A stretch of 64,000 nt of DNA, taken from positions 393-64,392 of the forward strand of contig CAZCRI010000001.1 of assembly GCA_964501135.1 (NCBI GenBank), given 5' to 3'. This document shows positions 46,390 through 55,008 of the stretch, in pieces (positions within the stretch are counted from its first letter, which is position 1; the number at the start of each line of letters is the position of its first letter). Under the pieces are notes generated by a model. That model was not told the origin of the DNA. It was given only the letters and a program-made list of their open reading frames with translations, and did no database searches. The stretch is from an uncultured Candidatus Saccharibacteria bacterium (GTDB lineage Bacteria; Patescibacteriota; CPR2; UBA1875; CAIMLA01). A program made the translations under genes and the position numbers.

Positions 46390-46393
46390 GTGG

Positions 46394-47797
46394 TTATTCG
46401 ACGTTGTAAATGCGAATTATGTTCGTTCCGCCAATCTTGCCTTTGTCCCGTCCCGAAACAACCGTAAGGTTGTCACCTGGCTTCGCATGCTTCACTTCAA
46501 CCAGTTTGGTTCCAAGTTTCTGGAGCATTTCAGTGTTTGTATCGAAGTTAAAGACATGAGGTGTTACTCCCCAAGTAAGGCAGAGCCGATGAGCAGCACG
46601 GTCGTTCTCGGTAACAGCAACAATGTCCTTATTGGGGCGGTATTTAGATATGCTACGTGCAGTATTGCCGCTTGCGGTGGCAGTTACGATGAACTTACTT
46701 TTTACCTGAGCAGATAGAGTTACTGCGGCTTTGGCAATCGCTTCTGTGGTGTTATTTCCGAGTCTAGTCACAGAGCTGCCAATGTGAATATCTTGTGAAG
46801 CTACCCAGTTTTCGGTATCAATGGCAATGCGGTTCATGGCTCGTACGGCTTCTCGTGGGTATTTACCGTTTGCGGTCTCCCCGGAAAGCATGATGGCGTC
46901 AGTGCCATCCAGAATGGCATTGGCTATGTCACTGGTTTCGGCGCGAGTAGAGCGGGGATTACGAATCATACTATCGAGCATCTGTGTGGCTACAATTACT
47001 GGTTTCCCGAGAGCAAGACAGCGCTTCACGATTTGTTTCTGAATCAGAGGCACTTTCTGCTGTGATATTTCGATTCCCATATCGCCGCGGGCCACCATGA
47101 TGGCATCGGCAGCAGCAATGATCTCTTCAATATTTTTGACCGCTTCGTGGCGCTCTACCTTGGCAATAATGGCGGTATCTGGATTTTTGCTCGCCGACAC
47201 AATTTCACGAAGCTCATTGATATCTGCTGCACTACGAACGAAAGACAGAGCAAGGAAATCGACCCCTCGCATCAGGGCGTACTTTGCATCGGCCTTGTCC
47301 TTATCAGTGATAACTTCTGCGGTGATGCTTCCGGTAGGAAGGTTTATACCTTTCTTGGAGGTAAGTTTCCCGCCGACAGTGACAATAGCGATTATCTTTT
47401 TACCTTTAACTTCAGTAACCTTTAGCTCTAGTAGGCCGTCATCAAGCAAGAGAACATCACCAGGCTTAACGTCGTGATATAAATCTTTGTATTGTACTGG
47501 AATCTCATTATCATTGGCCGTATCGCATGCAAGAGTGACACTTTCGTGTTTCTTAAGGTAGCCATCGTATTCTCCAATGCGGATCTTGGGACCCTGTAAA
47601 TCGGCAAGAATCGCCACAGTAACGCCGAGTTTCTTGCTAATTTCGCGCACTAAAGTAATCCTGTTACCTTGTTCTTCGTGATTTCCGTGAGAAAAATTGA
47701 GACGAAAAACGTTGGCGCCAGAACGGATAAGGGCTTCAATCATCTCGGGTGATTCGCTTACTGGCCCTAAAGTGGCTATAATTTTGGTTTTTTTCAT
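46394..47797 (-). CDS. pyk: Pyruvate kinase
   Basis: 467 aa; MKKTKIIATLGP N-terminus, canonical PK domains. Confidence 0.9.
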   Translation of the reverse strand: MKKTKIIATLGPVSESPEMIEALIRSGANVFRLNFSHGNHEEQGNRITLVREISKKLGVTVAILADLQGPKIRIGEYDGYLKKHESVTLACDTANDNEIPVQYKDLYHDVKPGDVLLLDDGLLELKVTEVKGKKIIAIVTVGGKLTSKKGINLPTGSITAEVITDKDKADAKYALMRGVDFLALSFVRSAADINELREIVSASKNPDTAIIAKVERHEAVKNIEEIIAAADAIMVARGDMGIEISQQKVPLIQKQIVKRCLALGKPVIVATQMLDSMIRNPRSTRAETSDIANAILDGTDAIMLSGETANGKYPREAVRAMNRIAIDTENWVASQDIHIGSSVTRLGNNTTEAIAKAAVTLSAQVKSKFIVTATASGNTARSISKYRPNKDIVAVTENDRAAHRLCLTWGVTPHVFNFDTNTEMLQKLGTKLVEVKHAKPGDNLTVVSGRDKGKIGGTNIIRIYNVE

Positions 47798-48068
47798 TTA
47801 TTTCCTTACCTTGGCTTGTATTGAGCACAAATTGTAACATAAATAACGTATTTTAGGAAGGATAGCGTTGAATTTTCGGCCATTCTGTAGTAGTATCTGC
47901 GCACTGCATAGGCAGTCTTCTTGTTGGGGAGGTGAACGAAAATTGTGTTCCTTTACTCTTGAGGCAAAAGTAACGATCGATGGCGTCCAGGTACGGCTTG
48001 AACCAGTTGGGACTCAGGCTGAGCTCTCGGGAGCAGCGTTGCAGTACGCGGTCGCACGGAGAAACATC

Positions 48069-48263
48069 ATGACAAGGGTCGCGTCTCTGTCCGACGGTAC
48101 GGATGTTCTCCAGGGTGCGAGCCCGAACGGTAGTGCTACGGTGATTCTCCATACAGAGGCGGGTATTGTCGGACCCTTTGCCGGCATCGTCTATACTCCT
48201 CACGGAGTTACCGTTGTCGCCGAAGTAATCCATCTTGGGTCAAACAAGAAGAAGGCCAGCTAG
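48069..48263 (+). CDS. Possible small protein in GC-rich islet 4 (strand and frame ambiguous)
   Basis: Internal ATG of track ORF 47868..48263 with GGAG 8 nt upstream. A minus-strand ORF 47853..48233 overlaps it. Confidence 0.2.
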   Translation: MTRVASLSDGTDVLQGASPNGSATVILHTEAGIVGPFAGIVYTPHGVTVVAEVIHLGSNKKKAS

Positions 48264-48283
48264 CGCATTTGCGCTCGCTGGCC
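48248..48283 (-). terminator. trpS terminator (GGCCAGCGAGCGC-aaat-GCGCTAGCTGGCC nested hairpin plus U-rich tract, minus strand)
   Basis: Long GC hairpin immediately 3' of the trpS stop. Confidence 0.55.
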
Positions 48284-48298
48284 TTCGCCATATATATA

Positions 48299-49288
48299 TT
48301 AGATTCCGAGCCCGACTGTTTCTTTTACTTTTTGCAGGGTTTCCGCCGCTTTTGGGGCAACCTGTGAGGCGCCATCGCGTAGAACTTCTACCACGTAATC
48401 GTCACTTAACGCGTGATATTTATCTTGGAACGGAGTAAGCAGCGATATTACCACCTCGGCAACGTCCTTTTTGAAATCGCCATATGAAACACCTTTATAT
48501 TTCTTCTCTAGCTCGGAGATTTTGGTATCGGTGCAAACCGAGAGAATATTTAGCAGATTTGAGATGCCAGGTTTGTTCTCTTTATCGAAGTGAATCTTAT
48601 TCTCACTATCGGTGACAGCGCCTGCTAGCTTTTTGCGAATTACCTCCGGAGTGTCTAGTAGTTCTATTCGACTCTTTGGGTTTGCGTCTGATTTAGACAT
48701 TTTTACCGTAGGATCTGTAAGACTCATGATGCGAGTGGCAGCCTCATTGGTCGTGAATTTTGGAATCTTGAATACTTCTGTTTCGTAACGTTTGTTCACT
48801 CGCTCCGCAATATCACGGCAAATCTCGACGTGCTGCTTCTGGTCATCACCAACTGGGACCTCGTCTGTTTGGTAGAGCAAAATATCGGCGGCCATAAGTA
48901 CCGGGTAATCGAAAAGACCGACAGATACCGTCTCTCCCTTGGTTGTAGATTTATCCTTGAACTGAGTCATTCGGGAAAGTTCCCCAAAGTAAGTGAAATT
49001 ATTGAGAATCCATCCTAGTTCGGCATGTTCCGGGTGAGAAGATTGGACAAAGATAGCAGATTTGTCGGGATTGATGCCAGCTGCGATGTAGGTTTTGGCG
49101 ACCTCTATAATGCGTCTTTTTAGTACTGCCGGATCCTGAGGAACGGTAATAGCATGTTCGTCTACAATGCAGAAGATGTTCTCGCGGTCATCTTGGTTTT
49201 TGACCCAGTTATGTATGGCGCCTAGGTAGTTGCCGAGATGCATGTCACCGGAGGGTTGAATGCCAGAAAAAACGCGTTTTGTTGCCAT
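48299..49288 (-). CDS. trpS: Tryptophanyl-tRNA synthetase
   Basis: 329 aa; class I HIGH-type (GDMHLGNYLGA) and KMSKS motifs. Confidence 0.9.
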   Translation of the reverse strand: MATKRVFSGIQPSGDMHLGNYLGAIHNWVKNQDDRENIFCIVDEHAITVPQDPAVLKRRIIEVAKTYIAAGINPDKSAIFVQSSHPEHAELGWILNNFTYFGELSRMTQFKDKSTTKGETVSVGLFDYPVLMAADILLYQTDEVPVGDDQKQHVEICRDIAERVNKRYETEVFKIPKFTTNEAATRIMSLTDPTVKMSKSDANPKSRIELLDTPEVIRKKLAGAVTDSENKIHFDKENKPGISNLLNILSVCTDTKISELEKKYKGVSYGDFKKDVAEVVISLLTPFQDKYHALSDDYVVEVLRDGASQVAPKAAETLQKVKETVGLGI

Positions 49289-49335
49289 GATTATTCCTTC
49301 GTTACTGAATTTATTGTAGCATGCACGTTTTTACA

Positions 49336-49390
49336 TGTCATCCTCAGGTTCGACCCGGGAACCTAGATTCCTGCCTTCGCAGGAATGACA
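49336..49390. repeat. GTCATCCTGAG-family imperfect hairpin element (variant TGTCATCCTCAGG ... GGAATGACA)
   Basis: Inverted arms TGTCATCC / GGAATGACA; related copies at 52396, 53948 and 54326. Confidence 0.45.
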
Positions 49391-49406
49391 AAACAGGAAA
49401 ACTACT

Positions 49407-49438
49407 GTTCAATCAAATGCGGCCGCATCAGATTGAAC
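49407..49438. repeat. Palindromic motif copy 2 (GTTCAATC-aa-ATGCGGCCGCAT-ca-GATTGAAC) upstream of trpS
   Basis: Near-perfect 32 bp palindrome; same core as 6965-6997. Confidence 0.5.
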
Positions 49439-49470
49439 TAATATTCAGCAGCTAAATAGAACCAAGGGTA

Positions 49471-49878
49471 TTACTTAACGTCTACAGCCGGGCCGATAGA
49501 GTTATCGGACTTATTCACCTTGAAGCTTATATAGGCTGGGGCACTGGTAGAACCGGTGTTTTGGCTAAAGTTTACTATCCAGTAGTCACCCTTGTCAGTA
49601 ATGTCGCAGGGGTAATCTGCCTTGATGGACGAAGGGTAGTGTTTGCGGACCAGTTTGCATGCATCGCTATCATCTTCGTTTACCGTAACTTTGTTGTAGT
49701 AGTCAACGAGAACCCAAGATCCAAACGCCATCATCCCAAGGAAAATTAGGACAGGGAAAATACCAATAAGGAGTGCCCGTTTGCCGCGGACAAACCCTTC
49801 ATCGTTATTGAACTTTTCTTTTTTAGGCTTTTTTGCCACCGATTGCCTCCCCCGACGCTGCGGTCGGGATCCCGACAT
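49471..49878 (-). CDS. Hypothetical small membrane-anchored protein
   Basis: 135 aa per track. A more likely start is the GTG at 49839, 6 nt after the GGGGGAGG formed by the twin-hairpin element. One TM helix and two Cys in the extracytoplasmic part. Confidence 0.4.
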   Translation of the reverse strand: MSGSRPQRRGRQSVAKKPKKEKFNNDEGFVRGKRALLIGIFPVLIFLGMMAFGSWVLVDYYNKVTVNEDDSDACKLVRKHYPSSIKADYPCDITDKGDYWIVNFSQNTGSTSAPAYISFKVNKSDNSIGPAVDVK

Positions 49879-49898
49879 TATTTATAATCGTCGGGGCG
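49846..49898 (-). promoter_or_regulatory. Conserved twin-hairpin 5'-UTR element, copy B
   Basis: Minus-strand CGCCCCGACG-ATTATAAATAAT-GTCGGGATCCCGACCG-CAGC-GTCGGGGGAGG; the identical 16-mer and flanks as copy A. Confidence 0.45.
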
Positions 49899-49899
49899 T

Positions 49900-51237
49900 T
49901 TAGTTGGTAAGATATTTTGAAATTTCTTCAAGTTTTTTGTTTGCAAGTTGCTGAGATTTCGCTTCTATATTTAATCTTATCACAGGCTCGGTATTGGAGC
50001 CACGTAGGTTTAGATGCCAATCGGGAAAATCGATAGAAACACCGTCGGTATAGTCCATGGTACCGGTACTATAGATACCCTTAATTTTTTCGATTGATTC
50101 AGGCACTCCATCCACGAAGAAATTTGTTTCCTCGATTGCAAAGTATTTGGCACGGTAACCGGCAACTATTTCAGAGAGCGGTTTTCCGGTTTTCGATACC
50201 ATCTCAGCGACTATTAGAAAGGGAACCATCCCGTTGTCTGTATACCAAAGGTCTCGAAAGTAGTAGTGTGCAGATGTCTCGGCGCCAAAAATGGCATTTT
50301 CGGCCCGCATTCGTTCTTTGATGAACGAGTGTCCAGATTTATTGACGGCAAGTGTTGATCCGTACTTGGCGGCAATTTCTGTCGGTAACCAAGTGAGGCG
50401 TGGGTCCACCACGACCGTTTGCCCTGGTTCTTTGGTAAGGAAGTAGTCCATCATCAGTCCGGTAATATAGTAGGGCAAGATAAAATCACCCTTTTCGTCG
50501 TAAAAAAAGCAGCGATCGGCGTCGGCATCCCAGATAACTCCAAAATCAACGCCCGAGCTTGCTACTAGTTCGGCTGTTTCTTGGCGCAAGGCAGATTGCA
50601 TTGGGTCTGGCTTTCCTTTTGGAAAATTGCCGTTTTGTTCGAAATTTAGTTTTACCAGTTCGATACCCAGGGCTTGTGCAATTGCCTCAGCATTAAGATC
50701 TGCAGCACCAAAATTCGGGTTAGCCACCACCCGAAGCGGTTTAATCTCATTTGCATTTACAAAAGTAAGGATTTTTGCAATGTACTCATGGTGAGGGTCG
50801 AGTTTCTCGATGGTTCCTTTGTTCTCGGCAGGAGTAAAGTCTGGGTTCATTGCAAGTTCGCGGATTTCGGCAATTCCCGAGTCCATCGACACTGGCCTGG
50901 ACTGCTCTCGAACAATTTTCATGCCGTTATATTCTTTGGCGTTGTGCGAAGCCGAGAGTGTAATTCCCCCATCTAAATCATAATTTGCAACTGCAAAGTA
51001 GAGCATGTCCGTGGTTATAACGCCAATGTCGACAACGTCAACGCCCATTTCGGTAAGTCCTTTTGCAGCAGCTTCCCAAAGTTCTGGTCCGGAAAGGCGG
51101 ACGTCTCGTCCTAGGGCGACCTTCTTCGGCTTAAGCCAGGTGGCGTAAGCCATGGCGATGTTCTTTGCATCAGCTGCGTTCATCTCTGTAGGGTAAATAC
51201 CGCGGATGTCATAGGCTTTGAAAATTTCTGCTTTCAT
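49900..51237 (-). CDS. Phosphohexomutase (phosphoglucosamine/phosphomannomutase family)
   Basis: 445 aa; active-site loop LSASHNAKEYNGMK and four-domain alpha-D-phosphohexomutase layout. Confidence 0.7.
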   Translation of the reverse strand: MKAEIFKAYDIRGIYPTEMNAADAKNIAMAYATWLKPKKVALGRDVRLSGPELWEAAAKGLTEMGVDVVDIGVITTDMLYFAVANYDLDGGITLSASHNAKEYNGMKIVREQSRPVSMDSGIAEIRELAMNPDFTPAENKGTIEKLDPHHEYIAKILTFVNANEIKPLRVVANPNFGAADLNAEAIAQALGIELVKLNFEQNGNFPKGKPDPMQSALRQETAELVASSGVDFGVIWDADADRCFFYDEKGDFILPYYITGLMMDYFLTKEPGQTVVVDPRLTWLPTEIAAKYGSTLAVNKSGHSFIKERMRAENAIFGAETSAHYYFRDLWYTDNGMVPFLIVAEMVSKTGKPLSEIVAGYRAKYFAIEETNFFVDGVPESIEKIKGIYSTGTMDYTDGVSIDFPDWHLNLRGSNTEPVIRLNIEAKSQQLANKKLEEISKYLTN

Positions 51238-51327
51238 CGTACTCCTAAATAGTTTGATAAACTTCTAGTTAACATTATAAACTATAAATGATGTAGACGA
51301 CTACGTGTACCGAAAGGGGGTGGGTCT

Positions 51328-51690
51328 ATGAGACTCGAGCTTACAGGCGTCATTGCGGCAGCTAAAGCCTGGCAGCTCTCATGGGGAGGCTGCTGTCAGC
51401 TCGATGAAAGCAGATGCACCTGTGGGGCCGGCGCCCTTACCGGCCCGGTGGTACCAGTGGAGGTATTCTTCCTTCGTGCTGATGACGGCGGTTTCATACA
51501 GCCTCATCCTCAGCTGGACTCACGGAAGCTTCCTGGGCTAGAGACGCATGAGGTCGTACTCGTAACCTATGCACAACCGCGAGTTCTTGGTGCACCAGTT
51601 CGCGAGGTCTGGGTGGTTCCTCAGGTGGTGCTCGATCGCAACCGTGAGGACGCCCTCAAGTACGGTGGACATTTCGCACCCGCGTCCTAG
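51328..51690 (+). CDS. Possible protein in GC-rich islet 5 (uncertain)
   Basis: 120 aa ORF with GGGGGTG RBS-like sequence 5 nt upstream; overlapped by a minus-strand TTG-start ORF. Confidence 0.2.
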   Translation: MRLELTGVIAAAKAWQLSWGGCCQLDESRCTCGAGALTGPVVPVEVFFLRADDGGFIQPHPQLDSRKLPGLETHEVVLVTYAQPRVLGAPVREVWVVPQVVLDRNREDALKYGGHFAPAS

Positions 51691-51848
51691 ACGGACGGGT
51701 TCCTCTGGCCTGGAGGTGATCTGCCGTAAGGCGATTGCATGGGGCAGCAACCCATGAAGTCCGAAATCCGGGGCTAAACACCCAGGATGTAGGCAGGCCT
51801 CGACACCACTAGATGTCGGGGCCAGTTTCTTTTTGCTATAATGTATCT

Positions 51849-52379
51849 ATGATTAAATTCGCCTCTGAACTTAGACTCAAGCCAGTACTGTTGCGCAAGG
51901 AGTTGGCACTAGTTGGTGTGGTAGAAGACCTGATTGTGAACCCAGACACGGGTGAATTTGCTGGTCTTCTAGTACGTGAGGGTTTTGGAAAAAAGAATAT
52001 CAAGACCCTACCGCAGAAGGATTTACTGAGTATTACTAGCGAATACTACCTGATTTCTGAGTATAGCGCTCTGGGGGAAATAGACGAGATAGTACGGCTC
52101 AGGGAAATTCTGGATAAGGAGGTTCGAATTGTTGGCACTAAAACCTATACAGTAAGCGGAAGATTGCTTGGGAAGTGCCGGGATTACACCCTGAACCTAA
52201 CCTCGATGAAAATAGATAAAATATATGTCGATCCACCAATGCTATCTACGACAATGAGTGGGTACGCGATAGCCTATGTGCAGATTGTTTCTATCGAGAA
52301 AGACAAGATTACTGTCGAGGACGCTTTTGTGAAAGCGGCAAAACCGGTCAAGGGCAAGCTCGCTGAGGCAGTAAACTAG
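51849..52379 (+). CDS. PRC-barrel domain protein (two PRC-like repeats)
   Basis: Start moved to ATG 51849 (MIKFASEL...), directly after TGcTATAAT plus 6 nt, so leaderless. LVGVVEDLIVNPDTGEFAGLLV PRC-barrel-like signature. Confidence 0.4.
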   Translation: MIKFASELRLKPVLLRKELALVGVVEDLIVNPDTGEFAGLLVREGFGKKNIKTLPQKDLLSITSEYYLISEYSALGEIDEIVRLREILDKEVRIVGTKTYTVSGRLLGKCRDYTLNLTSMKIDKIYVDPPMLSTTMSGYAIAYVQIVSIEKDKITVEDAFVKAAKPVKGKLAEAVN

Positions 52380-52395
52380 TCGCTTGACTATCCAA

Positions 52396-52431
52396 CTGTC
52401 ATCCTGAGCGAACGAAGGAGCTTATTCTTCA
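52396..52431. repeat. GTCATCCTGAG-family element (CTGTCATCCTGAGCGAACGAAGGAGC...) after the PRC-barrel gene
   Basis: Shared 11-mer plus CGAACGAAGGA extension, as in the copy at 54326. Confidence 0.45.
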
Positions 52432-52633
52432 TTTACCGTTTTTGGCAGCAAAAGCGGTGCAAAACTGCCGACTCCTTGCAAAATCGCCAGTGTCGCTCCT
52501 CCCTCACTCTTTCTTAAAAGACAAAACTCACTACGTTCAAACATTGCCATTTTAAGATAATCGTTCAGTTCGTCGTTCGCTGTATTTTGCAGGTCGCGGA
52601 AGGAGGTAGTTGTTTAATTATAGGTGAAGCTCA

Positions 52634-52662
52634 TTGACATTTGAGAGCGAATTCGGTATAAT
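52634..52662 (+). promoter_or_regulatory. rpsF operon promoter (TTGACA-17-TATAAT, perfect consensus)
   Basis: Perfect hexamers with 17 nt spacer; about 130 nt structured leader to rpsF. Confidence 0.6.
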
Positions 52663-52794
52663 CTTGGCAGATTTGAATTATCAAATAGACCATTTGGAAA
52701 AGTTAAATACGGATACTTACTCGTTATCGTCCCGCACAAAAGATGTGGGACTCGCTTAGCAAAATAAGCGATCCGTGAGAAAGGAGTTTTTTTA

Positions 52795-53397
52795 ATGCAA
52801 AAAAACTATGAACTGCTCTATATCGTCCATCCGGACCTAGAGGGCTCAATCGAAAAGATCACCGAGAAGGTGGCAGGATTCATCACCAAAGCTGGCGGTA
52901 AAGTTACTTCTAGCGAAGACCTTGGCAAGCGTAAGCTCGCCTACAAGATTGCGAAGAATGACTTCGGAATCTACTCTTTAGTTTACTTTGACATCGAGTC
53001 AGTAAACTTAAAAGATGTAGAACGTGATCTACGCCTTTCAGAGGAAATCATGCGTTCGATGGTAGTGGCTGTTCCTGTAGTTTCGCCAGTGACACTAGCA
53101 AAGCGAAAGCCTCGCCTAAAGAAAGAAGAGATGGAGGCCAAGAAAGATGCCCCAGCTTCGATCATTGTTGCCGAAGAGAAACCTGAGAAGAAGGTAACAA
53201 AGAAAAAAGTCGAAAAGGCTGAAACTACCGAAGAGGTAGTAGCTGAAGTTGCAGAACCTGCCCGATCTGAAGACCATTCAGGCGGGGAAAAAGTTGCCAA
53301 GAAAGCAGCTCCAAAGAAGACCGCCAAGGCTGTAGAGAAGGAAGAGAAAGAACGTCTCAAGAAGCTTGACGATAAACTAGACGAGCTATTGAAGTAG
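52795..53397 (+). CDS. rpsF: 30S ribosomal protein S6 with Lys/Glu-rich C-terminal extension
   Basis: 200 aa; S6 N-terminal domain (YELLYIVHPDLE); rpsF-ssb-rpsR synteny. Confidence 0.85.
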   Translation: MQKNYELLYIVHPDLEGSIEKITEKVAGFITKAGGKVTSSEDLGKRKLAYKIAKNDFGIYSLVYFDIESVNLKDVERDLRLSEEIMRSMVVAVPVVSPVTLAKRKPRLKKEEMEAKKDAPASIIVAEEKPEKKVTKKKVEKAETTEEVVAEVAEPARSEDHSGGEKVAKKAAPKKTAKAVEKEEKERLKKLDDKLDELLK

Positions 53398-53487
53398 AAT
53401 GTTAAAAGTGAAAAGTTCATAAAGTCGGGAAACTTTTATCTTTAAACTTTAAGAACTTTCAACTCGAGTCGACGAAAGGAGACGGAA

Positions 53488-53943
53488 ATGAAAAGTGTAA
53501 ATATGGTCATCGTCATGGGGAACATGACACGTGAAGCGGAGCTTCGATATACACCAAACGGTAAGGCAGTTGCGAGTTTTGGGGTTGCTGTAAATCGCGC
53601 CTTCACCGATGCTTCGGGTGAGAAACGACAAGAAGTAGATTTCTTCGACATTGTTGCCTGGGGTAAGCTAGCGGAAATCATCAGTCAGTACGGTGGTAAA
53701 GGCCAAGGTGTGCATATCGTAGGTCGTTTACAGAATCGTAGCTGGGAAGGTACCGACGGTACTAAGCGGAACAAGACTGAAATTATCGCAAACGATATCT
53801 CTCTAGTGGGTGGCAAGGGGAGTGGCTCTGGTGTACCAGCTGCTCCAGCGGGAGTTTCCTCGGGAGTTGATAAACCAGCCCCAGAAGTAGAATTCCAGGT
53901 AGTAAATGAAGACGAGATTAACATCGACGACATCCCATTTTAA
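53488..53943 (+). CDS. ssb: Single-stranded DNA-binding protein
   Basis: 151 aa; OB fold; acidic C-terminal tail ending DDIPF. Confidence 0.9.
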   Translation: MKSVNMVIVMGNMTREAELRYTPNGKAVASFGVAVNRAFTDASGEKRQEVDFFDIVAWGKLAEIISQYGGKGQGVHIVGRLQNRSWEGTDGTKRNKTEIIANDISLVGGKGSGSGVPAAPAGVSSGVDKPAPEVEFQVVNEDEINIDDIPF

Positions 53944-53947
53944 GCCA

Positions 53948-53993
53948 CCGTCATCCTGAGGAGCTGAGAAGGCTCTCTCAGCGACGTGAGGAT
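53948..53993. repeat. GTCATCCTGAG-family nested hairpin element after ssb
   Basis: CCGTCATCCTGAGG-[GCTGAGA-aggctct-CTCAGC]-GACGTGAGGATC. Confidence 0.45.
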
Positions 53994-54070
53994 CTGCTCG
54001 ACAGTAGATTGCCACGTCATAAATTAAGCAATTTCTTCCTCGCAATGACGAGGATGTAAGGAGAAAAAAT

Positions 54071-54307
54071 ATGGCCTATCAAAAACAAGAACCGCAATTC
54101 TACGGAAAGAAAATCTGCCGCTTCTGTGAAGCTAGGGTAGATAACATTGATTACAAAGACGTAAAGAGCCTGCAGAAGTTTACTTCTAGCATCGCTAAGA
54201 TCGAGACACGTAAACGTACTGGTAGTTGTCCTAAACACCAGCGTGCTCTCTCGACCGCTATCAAGCGAGCTCGAATTATGGCTCTTTTACCTTTTGTAAA
54301 CCGCTAA
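54071..54307 (+). CDS. rpsR: 30S ribosomal protein S18
   Basis: 78 aa; KKICRFCE motif. Confidence 0.9.
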   Translation: MAYQKQEPQFYGKKICRFCEARVDNIDYKDVKSLQKFTSSIAKIETRKRTGSCPKHQRALSTAIKRARIMALLPFVNR

Positions 54308-54325
54308 GTAACAAATATTCCCTCC

Positions 54326-54387
54326 CTGTCATCCTGAGTGGAACGAAGGATCCAGGACTGGATTCTTCACTATGTTCAGAATGACGG
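54326..54387. repeat. GTCATCCTGAG-family long imperfect hairpin after rpsR
   Basis: Outer arms CTGTCATCCTGAG/TTCAGAATGACGG (13 bp, 1 mismatch, 2 G-U) enclosing AAGGATCCAG-GA-CTGGATTCTT. Confidence 0.45.
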
Positions 54388-54408
54388 CTTGGGTGTAAGG
54401 AGAATATT

Positions 54409-54969
54409 ATGTACGGAATTACCGACCTAAAAACAGGAACCACCTTCGAAGTAGATGGTGCGCCTTATGTTGTTTTGGATTATCAGCACAGCAAACAGGG
54501 CCGCTCTGGAGCGGTGATGCGCACCAAAATCAAGAACTTACTCACTGGCGCAATTGTTCAAAGAACCTTCTCTGGAAATGAAAAGTTTGCCGAAGTGCAG
54601 ATAGATCGTCGCAAGGTCCAATATCTATACAAGGACGGCGCAAGCTACTACTTTATGGATGTTGATAACTACGATCAGTTTGATATGACTGCTGATGAAC
54701 TTGGGAATAACATCAATTACCTCAAAGACGGTGAAATTGTTCAATTTCAATTCTACCAGGGCAAGCCAATCAACTTGGATTTGCCAATCAAGATGGACTT
54801 TGAAGTCACTGAAGCCTCCGAGGGGCTCAAGGGTGATACCGCCTCCGGTGCTACCAAGATGGTAGTAATCGAAACTGGATTAAACGTATATGTACCGCTT
54901 TTTATCAAGCAGGGAGACAAGATTCGAGTAAATACCTCGGACGGTTCCTATGTAGAGAGGGCAAAATAA
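54409..54969 (+). CDS. efp: Elongation factor P
   Basis: 186 aa; canonical EF-P (KTGTTFEVDGAPYVVLDYQHSKQGRSGAVMRTKIKN). Confidence 0.9.
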   Translation: MYGITDLKTGTTFEVDGAPYVVLDYQHSKQGRSGAVMRTKIKNLLTGAIVQRTFSGNEKFAEVQIDRRKVQYLYKDGASYYFMDVDNYDQFDMTADELGNNINYLKDGEIVQFQFYQGKPINLDLPIKMDFEVTEASEGLKGDTASGATKMVVIETGLNVYVPLFIKQGDKIRVNTSDGSYVERAK

Positions 54970-55008
54970 TTTCACCGTCGTCATTTCGACCGTAGCGGAG
55001 AAATCTTC

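Noticed and set aside
51300-51830. Islet 5 as RNase P RNA, tmRNA or SRP RNA
   Set aside because: I looked for GGAAAGUCCGGGCUCC / ACAGAAYCCGGCUUA (RNase P), the GGGG...UUCGAC 5' end and GGUUCRAxUCC...CCACCA 3' end with an ANDENYALAA-like tag (tmRNA), and the SRP domain IV motif on both strands. None was present. The region is left as unassigned GC-rich DNA
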